From Candidatus Methanoperedens sp. BLZ2 (GTDB taxonomy: Archaea > Halobacteriota > Methanosarcinia > Methanosarcinales > Methanoperedenaceae): DNA of 32,000 nt. Below, piece after piece: positions 8,791 through 17,500 of this stretch (the stretch's first letter is position 1; each line of letters begins with the position of its first letter). The notes beneath the pieces are model-generated. The model ran no database searches. It had not been told where the DNA came from and worked only from the letters and a program-made list of their open reading frames with translations. The translations under genes and the position numbers were made by a program. The stretch spans positions 12,188 to 44,187 of the forward strand of contig NZ_NTMG01000056.1 in the NCBI RefSeq assembly GCF_002487355.1, given 5' to 3'.

Positions 8791-10002
8791 CTAAAATGGT
8801 TTTATTCCTTTTATAGAAATATTTTCATCCTTTATCCAATCCCGATCAATATATGCAGCCATTACCTCGCAGTTTAGCTTTTTGACCTGCTCCAAGACAG
8901 CCAGATCCAATCTTGCAGTCTTAAATTCCGTATCAGGTGCAAGCACGATCAATTTCAGTTTATCTATATCAACATCCCAGCTAAGTTGCACTATTCTTGG
9001 CTTTAACCGCTCCTTGTATTTGAAGAGCCACTCCACATAAGAAAGCCCCTGGAAAACAGCAGAATACATATCTTCGCCTTTCTTCTTGACTTCCACAACA
9101 ACCAGCGCTTTGCTGTGCTTTTCTTTCGCCAGAAGATCAATATGCTCCCGTCCAAACTGTTTGTTTCGCTTGACCATTCCCACAGGTGTTTCATAATACA
9201 GGAACTCAAGGTCAAGACCGGGAAGGCTGCCATCCTGCATTTTATCTATGAGCAGGGAGTGAAGCCATTTTTCGCGGTATCCGATGGTGTTGTTTTTGCG
9301 AAGGGAGATCAGGTTATTTGCCTCTCTGATGAAATGAGTTCGCAGGTCTGCGCCTGAAATTGGATTGTTTCCTGATCCTGGATATACGAAATCCTTTTTA
9401 TCCTGATGAACGCTCGTGTAACCCTGATTGAGAATGTTCTGGATCAGTCTCAGGATAAAGCCGCCGGAACCGAGCTTTATTTCGGCGATCTTCAGCCCTT
9501 TGACGATGAAAGAGAAGCCATTTTTTCGGTTAAAAAGCTGGATATGCAGGTCTTTATCCAGGCTTTTGACGAGCGCAAGAACGCTCTCGCATGAGCCACG
9601 CGCTGTTATTGAAGGAATACTATTCAGAAGCTCAGTTTCATTTTTCCAGAGACCTGCGGCGCCGTCGAATGAGCCGAGGACAGCGGTAGGGAAATGATGA
9701 GAATTTGAAGTTGAGTGAGCACGGAATTGTCGAACTATCGGCGCCGTTATAATGTTGGGATCTCGCTTGATATGCAGACGGTATTGGAGATGCTCTTTTC
9801 TGGCGTCTGTATGCCATTTGCTGCAGAGGTAGCAGAAGAAATATTTTGAGGCTGGGGAGTTTGTCTCATTCTCCTCAAGATGTGATAAATGCTGATTGCC
9901 ATTGGATGAAGGATCGTTTGTGCAGAGGTGCCAGGCGGCGCAAAGGGAGCAAAAGTAGTAGTCGCCAGGTTGGTTGATATGTTTGATTTTATTGTCAGTC
10001 AT
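8791..10002 (-). CDS. two-Zn-knuckle / unknown middle domain / NucS-RecB-like PD-(D/E)xK nuclease-domain protein
   Basis: I prefer the ATG at 10002 (MTDNKIKH..., preceded by gaggaaagagaggcgg). The track start at 10074 would overlap the upstream wHTH remnant. The N-terminus holds a duplicated motif, YYFCSLCAAWHLC and YFFCYLCSKWHTDARKEH. The C-terminus reads E(YYETPVG)...GREHIDLLAKEKHSKALVVVEVKKKGEDMYSAVFQGLSY, which is the E...D...E-x-K...Q pattern of RecB/NucS-type nucleases. Confidence 0.6.
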   Translation of the reverse strand: MTDNKIKHINQPGDYYFCSLCAAWHLCTNDPSSNGNQHLSHLEENETNSPASKYFFCYLCSKWHTDARKEHLQYRLHIKRDPNIITAPIVRQFRAHSTSNSHHFPTAVLGSFDGAAGLWKNETELLNSIPSITARGSCESVLALVKSLDKDLHIQLFNRKNGFSFIVKGLKIAEIKLGSGGFILRLIQNILNQGYTSVHQDKKDFVYPGSGNNPISGADLRTHFIREANNLISLRKNNTIGYREKWLHSLLIDKMQDGSLPGLDLEFLYYETPVGMVKRNKQFGREHIDLLAKEKHSKALVVVEVKKKGEDMYSAVFQGLSYVEWLFKYKERLKPRIVQLSWDVDIDKLKLIVLAPDTEFKTARLDLAVLEQVKKLNCEVMAAYIDRDWIKDENISIKGIKPF

Positions 10003-10021
10003 TACCGCCTCTCTTTCCTCA

Positions 10022-10249
10022 TCAATTATTCTTATCAATTTCGGGTTTTTCGAGTTTATTTCGAGATAAAACATATTCTATATTTCTCCCTGTTTTACCT
10101 ATCCTTTCAAATATATTCTTCGCGCAAATATCAGACAGATCGATGAGCGCCATTCTATCTGTGATATCAAACATCCCCCTATATTCCTTATTTGTAATCC
10201 TCCCTTTTTCCTTAACATACATCACTGCCCTGACCTGTCTATCATTAAG
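10022..10249 (-). pseudogene. 3' remnant of a Fic- or AlbA_2/HATPase_c_4-type gene (only the C-terminal winged-helix survives), truncated at the CRISPR trailer repeat
   Basis: Track ORF 10022..10225 begins at a GTG/ATG. The reading frame stays open upstream to 10252, and the family-typical sequence already starts at 10249: LNDRQVRAVMYVKEKGRITNKEYRGMFDITDRMALIDLSDICAKNIFERIGKTGRNIEYVL. This is the remembered LNxRQ...I..KG.ITN.EY......S.RTA.RDL..L.....L...G.GR...Y wHTH tail. The next in-frame codons lie inside the repeat and hit a stop. Confidence 0.5.
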
Positions 10250-11741
10250 GGTTCATCCCCACGCAGGTGGGGAACTCGTGTGGTAAAGAGAGACAAGATA
10301 TAACTCTGTCGGTTCATCCCCACGCAGGTGGGGAACTCTCAACGAAGCAAAATATAAGATACTGTATTTTCGGTTCATCCCCACGCAGGTGGGGAACTCA
10401 CTGCAAGCCTGTAATGCGTTGCTGAATTGCTCGGTTCATCCCCACGCAGGTGGGGAACTCATCTTCTTGTTCCTTTAATCTCTCAAGCATACCGGTTCAT
10501 CCCCACGCAGGTGGGGAACTCTCTACACCCAGGAGTACGCACATCTGTATGGTCGGTTCATCCCCACGCAGGTGGGGAACTCTCATCAAAGAACTTGAGG
10601 GTTTTCGCGCCCTTCGGTTCATCCCCACGCAGGTGGGGAACTCCAGGAAGGTATGGGTTACGATCGGATTATCGCCGGTTCATCCCCACGCAGGTGGGGA
10701 ACTCCTTGCCCTCTGTGTTCGAGATCCAGCCCAGGACGGTTCATCCCCACGCAGGTGGGGAACTCAAGATAACAGATGCGTAGTTCACTACCACGACCGG
10801 TTCATCCCCACGCAGGTGGGGAACTCATTCCACCCCCTGAACATCAAAACCATGTGCGCGGTTCATCCCCACGCAGGTGGGGAACTCCATTTCTGCCTGG
10901 CGCGTGGTTGTGGCTTTAACGGTTCATCCCCACGCAGGTGGGGAACTCTGTAACAAATTTGTATACATCCTATAAATGGACGGTTCATCCCCACGCAGGT
11001 GGGGAACTCCACAATAGACGGATTTTCACGTACCTCAATCTCGGTTCATCCCCACGCAGGTGGGGAACTCACTGGCAAATCAATACATCTTTTAATCTTT
11101 TCCGGTTCATCCCCACGCAGGTGGGGAACTCTACAGTATTGCCAACTGTCATGTATTCCTGCCCGGTTCATCCCCACGCAGGTGGGGAACTCACCCCACA
11201 GAGTCCAGATATCGCTTTGCTGCTCGGTTCATCCCCACGCAGGTGGGGAACTCTGACGCAGCCAGGCGATTTTATAGATCCGTCCCGGTTCATCCCCACG
11301 CAGGTGGGGAACTCATAGTTCCTACCGTTGCCCCTTTTTTCCAATACGGTTCATCCCCACGCAGGTGGGGAACTCTTTCTCAAAGGCATTTCAAAGAATG
11401 TGATTTCCGGTTCATCCCCACGCAGGTGGGGAACTCTCGGATCGGGCGGAGCAACACAACCCGCAGCACGGTTCATCCCCACGCAGGTGGGGAACTCACT
11501 TCAAGATGTGGCCGGGAGATGTTCCCTGGCGGTTCATCCCCACGCAGGTGGGGAACTCTTGCTGAATATGTACATTCATCACATGTTACCCGGTTCATCC
11601 CCACGCAGGTGGGGAACTCTTTAGATATTTTGTATCTGTTGCCTTTGCGGTCGGTTCATCCCCACGCAGGTGGGGAACTCCATCAGCATATATATCAAAA
11701 GTGGTGTTTCCACGGTTCATCCCCACGCAGGTGGGGAACTC
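10249..11741 (-). CRISPR. type I-E CRISPR array: 25 repeats of 29 bp, 24 spacers of 32 bp, 61-bp period
   Basis: The plus-strand repeat is cggttcatccccacgcaggtggggaactc. Its reverse complement, GAGTTCCCCACCTGCGTGGGGATGAACCG, has the same architecture as the E. coli I-E repeat GAGTTCCCCGCGCCAGCGGGGATAAACCG (6-bp stem CCCCAC/GTGGGG, 4-nt loop). I located repeat starts at 10249 + 61n for n = 0..24. All are identical except the trailer copy at 10249, which has g instead of c at its outermost base. All 24 spacers are unique. Confidence 0.98.
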
Positions 11742-11890
11742 TCTTTACTATTTATATTATTAAACCGGAAATCTCTTACCGCTCTCCTCCTCAAATAAAT
11801 AATATTGTGTAATAATATTAATTTTTAAATTATATTTATGTTCCTTAATTATCATAATATTATCACCAACAGTATATCCTACAAAATATA
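11742..11890 (-). promoter_or_regulatory. CRISPR leader (AT-rich) between cas2 and the first repeat
   Basis: 149 bp of very AT-rich DNA (…aataatattaatttttaaattatatttatg…) sits between the cas2 stop (11891) and the leader-proximal repeat (11713..11741). This is the canonical I-E position for the leader/promoter and integration site. Confidence 0.7.
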
Positions 11891-13064
<1,174 letters not shown>

Positions 13065-13097
13065 TGATTTATCTCTTGTTAATGGGAAATGCAGTAA

Positions 13098-13709
13098 TTA
13101 GATTTTTGCGAGTGTTAATAATCCACATCCGAAAGCTTTTGCGGGGCCAATACCTTCAATCATTTTGTTGACCAATAATTTAGCTTCTATGACTGTTAAA
13201 ATACCTGAATAGGTTACCGTTTGAATTTTGCCAAAGTGGTTTTGATTTCCTTTATTCTTTTGGAAGTAAAGCAAGTCCTGTCGAGCTAAAGTTACTGCTT
13301 TGATCTCTGCTAAATCCTTTAACTGTCGGTTAAGCCATGCAATAATTTCTTCTTCATCAATTATTGGGACTCTGACTTTACCTTGATTGGAAGTTTTTCC
13401 ACCTGAATCTTTAATTCTTTTAGTTGGATTTGCTCGTAACATGAATCTATAGTTCCCCCCATTTGTAATGCCATCAAATTGAACCTTTTTTGGTTTATTT
13501 AATAATATTAATTCGCCATTCGCTGGTTGTGGTTCATAACTGGACATTAGTAATATATGTTGCACACCTCTTTGCCCCAGATTTTCAACTCTAAATAGAA
13601 ATGAGCGTTTTTCATCAGCTTTATCTGGAAATAATTGCCATATTTTTTCATGCAGCAAATAAGGATTGACTGGCTTTACAGAATTAAGAACACATTGACT
13701 ATAATACAT
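13098..13709 (-). CDS. cas6e: Cas6e (CasE/Cse3) crRNA endoribonuclease
   Basis: 203 aa in the position after cas5e. LHEKIWQLFPD, FLFRVE, YRFMLRANPTKR, RVPIIDEEEIIAWLNRQL and the C-terminal GIGPAKAFGCGLLTLA parallel E. coli CasE (GIGPAKSMGCGLLSLA). Confidence 0.9.
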   Translation of the reverse strand: MYYSQCVLNSVKPVNPYLLHEKIWQLFPDKADEKRSFLFRVENLGQRGVQHILLMSSYEPQPANGELILLNKPKKVQFDGITNGGNYRFMLRANPTKRIKDSGGKTSNQGKVRVPIIDEEEIIAWLNRQLKDLAEIKAVTLARQDLLYFQKNKGNQNHFGKIQTVTYSGILTVIEAKLLVNKMIEGIGPAKAFGCGLLTLAKI

Positions 13710-14385
13710 AGCTATCTCCCAAGATGTAGAGTGTCCGTGTAGAAAATTGTCTTATTAGATCTTCTATTGGTATGTCACGAATTCGTATAGGAACAGAACC
13801 CTGTAACTTTTGTTCACTATACAACGTCCCCTGCATTGGTTCTATTTGGGCAAGTGCTTCTTGTGCACTTTCGGCGGATATTATTGTTTTAAATAAAGGG
13901 CTTTGTATTGGACAGGAACGCCGTCCCAAAGATGGTGTATAATGCGGTTTTTGAATAGCAGCTTTAACCTTTTCCAAATTAAACACTGCATTATTTCTAA
14001 ATCCTAATGCCACTGAAAACTCAGCATCGCAAAGATATTCCCTATGTGAAATAATTGCATCTTCTCTTTGAGAACCATCGACCCTTCGCGCATCTAAAAT
14101 AGTATGGAAATCGGTCATTTTTTGCATGGTCAGGATTTTCTCTTTGATCTGTCCAAATTGTTCCTTGTGAACCTTTCGCCTATCAGCTCTCACTGTCATC
14201 TCAAAACTGGCATTTAAGTCTGCCCTGCCCTTTATGTCCGCTCTGTCTATACCAAGACAAGCTCCTAATAAGCCGACAACTGCACTTCGGGTCGGAAAAA
14301 TGTGACTTGGGCGATAATCCTCAAAGGTATGACCACCCCATGCTTGCATAGCCCCCTGCAACTTGATTATCAGAAAATCCTGCAT
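13699..14385 (-). CDS. cas5e: Cas5e (CasD)
   Basis: 228 aa. LIIKLQGAMQAWGGHTFEDYRPS..FPTRSAVVGLLGACLGI, REYLCDAEFSVAL and YTPSLGRRSCP parallel E. coli CasD. Confidence 0.9.
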   Translation of the reverse strand: MQDFLIIKLQGAMQAWGGHTFEDYRPSHIFPTRSAVVGLLGACLGIDRADIKGRADLNASFEMTVRADRRKVHKEQFGQIKEKILTMQKMTDFHTILDARRVDGSQREDAIISHREYLCDAEFSVALGFRNNAVFNLEKVKAAIQKPHYTPSLGRRSCPIQSPLFKTIISAESAQEALAQIEPMQGTLYSEQKLQGSVPIRIRDIPIEDLIRQFSTRTLYILGDSYVL

Positions 14386-14400
14386 GGTTTCGTTCCTTAT

Positions 14401-15534
14401 TTATATTCCATCGCTTTTCAACCAATCTTTAAATGCTGAAAAATCATTGCCTTTATCCGTCACAATCTCCATCTTACATCCTTTAGTGTTAAAGCATGCT
14501 TGTTTGTCTTTATTTAATCCATAGGCGTTACAGATGGCTTTATGATAATTTACAAATGCGTTGATAGATGGTACCATTAATCCATCAGCGCCTGCTTTAA
14601 CAGGATTTTCAAAGGCATTCGCTAATGAAATTGGCTGATCACTAAAACTGACAAATGCAAAATCAGCTAAATTAAACGCTGCAAATGAATTTTGTTTAGC
14701 AGAAGGCACGACAGTTGCCAGCAGGTGAAGGACATGCGCAGCAATTTCTAATGCTTGCTTGCGGTCAATATCACCTAAATTTTCCTGTAATTGCCTTATA
14801 TTTAAGCTTGCATATCGATAGAATACTCCCGAACTAAATTCAGTAGTATCCAGATGTGCAGAACCAGTTTCACCAGTATCTTGATTGAGTTCATCCACAG
14901 CGGTAAACCAGTCAATATCGCCATCAACGGTATGTGTGGTAATAGCATGGGCAACAGCAAGGGAGGCATCGACAATGGTCATAATACCAGATGTTGCCAT
15001 TCTACCTGATAATGCAATATCCTGTCCATTTTGCAATGTCTTACGAAATAGTGATAGTTTAGTCTTATCTTCAATTAGCTTTTTTTTATCAGTTGCATTT
15101 TTCCAAGCTTTTTCAAATTCTTTAGTATCTGGATTTTCCTTTTGTAACTGTTGATATAGTTGACAATATGATTCTACTTCAGAGACAACCCATGCGGCTA
15201 CAGCACCGGACTGTGTATTTACATTAATTTCTGCCTCTCCTGAAATCAATGAGATAACAGATTTGACTATATTCTCTGGATATTTATCATGCAAAATTTT
15301 TACATATTTTTCAGTCAATTGACCTAATTGTCGAGTTCTATCACTGGGCTGACTGATATTTTTCCTGTAATAATCTGACTGTCTTATTGCCCGCTTTAAA
15401 CTCTGGCTTGATATTCTCGTTCTTTTTGTTCCCCCAAAAACAGCAGTTTTTTGCATGTTCATGTCATCCCTATTGAGATTGGATGGGCTATGCGAAATTA
15501 AAATGTGGTAGTTTATATAATTCTTTTCGTCCAT
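14401..15534 (-). CDS. cas7e: Cas7e (CasC/Cse4) Cascade backbone subunit
   Basis: 377 aa of the correct size and position. NLNRDD..MQKTAVFGG..RTRISSQSLKRAIR is the CasC N-terminal signature. Confidence 0.88.
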   Translation of the reverse strand: MDEKNYINYHILISHSPSNLNRDDMNMQKTAVFGGTKRTRISSQSLKRAIRQSDYYRKNISQPSDRTRQLGQLTEKYVKILHDKYPENIVKSVISLISGEAEINVNTQSGAVAAWVVSEVESYCQLYQQLQKENPDTKEFEKAWKNATDKKKLIEDKTKLSLFRKTLQNGQDIALSGRMATSGIMTIVDASLAVAHAITTHTVDGDIDWFTAVDELNQDTGETGSAHLDTTEFSSGVFYRYASLNIRQLQENLGDIDRKQALEIAAHVLHLLATVVPSAKQNSFAAFNLADFAFVSFSDQPISLANAFENPVKAGADGLMVPSINAFVNYHKAICNAYGLNKDKQACFNTKGCKMEIVTDKGNDFSAFKDWLKSDGI

Positions 15535-15537
15535 GTT

Positions 15538-15978
15538 TTATTCCTCATCTTTTAATTTAATAAAGAAATTTTGAATTAAATGTTTTTTTGAGATATTATT
15601 CCAATAAAATAGACTTTTGCCAAATGTATCCCAATTGATACTGCTTAATTTAGCTTGTTGAGTAACTCTCCGCAATTGGATCAGATCATTTGGTGACGTT
15701 GAGCGAACAATCTGAAAAATGCGTTTCTCGTTTATTTTTGCTTCTTTAAATTGTTTACCCAATTGTTTTGCATCGTTGTTATGCTTTTCAATAAACGGCA
15801 AGAAGAATACTACTCTTGCCCATTGTTTGACATCTTTTGGCCCAAAGTATCCAAGAAGATGATAAAATGCCGGCAAGGTTTCCAGGTCTTCAAGAGTTGA
15901 TACTCTTCGTATTTCGGCACGCTGTCCATTATCCAGAGTTTGCCAAAAACGCTCATGAAGTTCGATAAATTTGCTCAT
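15538..15978 (-). CDS. cse2: Cse2 (CasB/Cas11e) small subunit
   Basis: 146 aa, helical, located between cas8e and cas7e as in canonical I-E. The call rests mainly on position and size. Confidence 0.75.
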   Translation of the reverse strand: MSKFIELHERFWQTLDNGQRAEIRRVSTLEDLETLPAFYHLLGYFGPKDVKQWARVVFFLPFIEKHNNDAKQLGKQFKEAKINEKRIFQIVRSTSPNDLIQLRRVTQQAKLSSINWDTFGKSLFYWNNISKKHLIQNFFIKLKDEE

Positions 15979-15991
15979 TGTGATTTACCTC

Positions 15992-17500
15992 CTATTTTTT
16001 TTCATCATATTTATTCATTATATTCTCCTCTATTTTCCTTAAAGCTGCATTTAATCCAGCGCGGCTATTAACTATTGCACTTAGAAATTTTGGATCGTGT
16101 TCATATGGTAATACAAGCTGGTCAAATATATTTTTACACAACTGATTTAATGATTTTTTAAATAAAATCATTTTTTGATCAGCTTGTTGCCAATCTATTT
16201 GTGCAAACTGGTTGTGAATCAGAGATTCAGATTGTTGATAAAATAATTCTTGCCCTTTATCTGAAAGACCAATCAAACCATGTTCTCCACCCATTTTCTT
16301 AGCTAATCCATAAAGCTTATTTCGTAATTCGGTTCTGTAATTTAAACCCAAAACCACCAAATATTTTAAATATGTTTGTCCATTTTTATCATCCCAGCCT
16401 TGTGCGAGAGATAAGAGTTCATGTCGACGTTGTTCAATTTTAGCTTTATTAATACGATATCCTCCGACAATCAATTGGAGTGTTTTCCCTCTAAATATAT
16501 CCCTATATTGAATAATCACTAGGGAAGGCTCATGTCCTTCCTTTTCCATTTCTTCTTTAAACAGGATAGTAGATAATTGAGTCCAGGCAGGCGCAGTAGT
16601 TGTAAATGAAAGATATTTTTCTTCTCTTTTTCCCTCAAGTCCGCTCCATTTTTTGGGACTATGAGGATGTAGCCAACGCTTATCAGGTTCATCTTTCAAC
16701 TTATAATTCATTTTTTCAGTTTCTATCCCAATTACCTGATTGTTTTCAATAGCTAATTTTATTTTAGCTGGCTGCCAAAATAATCCTCGTCTAAAGCCGA
16801 TATTGTACGAATAAAACTCTGAATTTGGAATAATGCAATCTATCCAGGTTGGTAAATCATTTTTTGGATCAATGGCAAAATTTGGGTAACGCTTTTGTAT
16901 ATTTTCTTGAGTCAGGACATTGCACCATATTGTTTGCCTCAGACGTTCTTCTGCAATTAATGTTGTTGCAGGTGAACCACCTCTCAAACTGCCTTTAAAT
17001 CCACCACCTTCGGACGGAGAATTAATTGCACGATTAAATAATATAATAGCTGCCAGTCCAATATTTAAACCAGTAACTTCTTCAACTTCATTGAAAAATT
17101 TATGTGATGATGCTGAAGAGCTTGTTTTTTCTGGCAATCCAACCAACAACGCTTGAATTGATTTCAATTTATCCGTTTTGACATCGTTGCGCTGCATAAA
17201 CGGAAATTCAGGATGCAGCAAGTCAAACCATTCCATAAACGGTTTTACGCCTTTATCATAATCCGCTTCATCCATCGGTTTTTTGTACGCAGTTAGTAAT
17301 TCATCCTCATCCTTCGGCATAAACACAACTTGTACTAGACAGACAATCAATTGCAAGGCAGCTAGTTCCATATCATCACGGGACAAACAGATTTGCCAGT
17401 CTTCATCTTTACAAAGCAAGCGTTTTAAACTTATGGTTTCAAACTGTCCGTGTTGTTGAACTGGAATCCAATTTTCAGTCAATAAATTAAAGCTATTCAT
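15992..17500 (-). CDS. cas8e: Cse1 (CasA/Cas8e) large subunit
   Basis: 502 aa, the same length as E. coli CasA. The N-terminal NLLTENWIPV motif is typical. Its start overlaps the cas3 stop by 4 nt. Confidence 0.85.
   Translation of the reverse strand: MNSFNLLTENWIPVQQHGQFETISLKRLLCKDEDWQICLSRDDMELAALQLIVCLVQVVFMPKDEDELLTAYKKPMDEADYDKGVKPFMEWFDLLHPEFPFMQRNDVKTDKLKSIQALLVGLPEKTSSSASSHKFFNEVEEVTGLNIGLAAIILFNRAINSPSEGGGFKGSLRGGSPATTLIAEERLRQTIWCNVLTQENIQKRYPNFAIDPKNDLPTWIDCIIPNSEFYSYNIGFRRGLFWQPAKIKLAIENNQVIGIETEKMNYKLKDEPDKRWLHPHSPKKWSGLEGKREEKYLSFTTTAPAWTQLSTILFKEEMEKEGHEPSLVIIQYRDIFRGKTLQLIVGGYRINKAKIEQRRHELLSLAQGWDDKNGQTYLKYLVVLGLNYRTELRNKLYGLAKKMGGEHGLIGLSDKGQELFYQQSESLIHNQFAQIDWQQADQKMILFKKSLNQLCKNIFDQLVLPYEHDPKFLSAIVNSRAGLNAALRKIEENIMNKYDEKK

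Noticed and set aside
2392-9697. Numerous 60-140-aa ORFs antisense to the MamK-like gene, mptA, mutL, cgi121 and the nuclease gene. Examples are 2392..2820, 3229..3624, 4144..4488, 6599..7032 and 9115..9697.
   Set aside because: Each lies inside and antisense to a longer ORF with clear family motifs. They have low-complexity or Ser/Leu/Phe-rich composition typical of shadow frames.
10278-11712. Self-targeting spacers against this window.
   Set aside because: I compared the spacers by eye with the obvious accessory regions (1-1300, 20840-23460) and saw no match. This was not an exhaustive search and should be redone computationally.
10427-11812. Six plus-strand ORFs of 85-189 aa with repetitive peptides (VHPHAGGEL / GSSPRRWGT / RFIPTQVGNS).
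   Set aside because: They are translations of the CRISPR repeat in its three frames, kept open by the 61-bp period. They are not genes.
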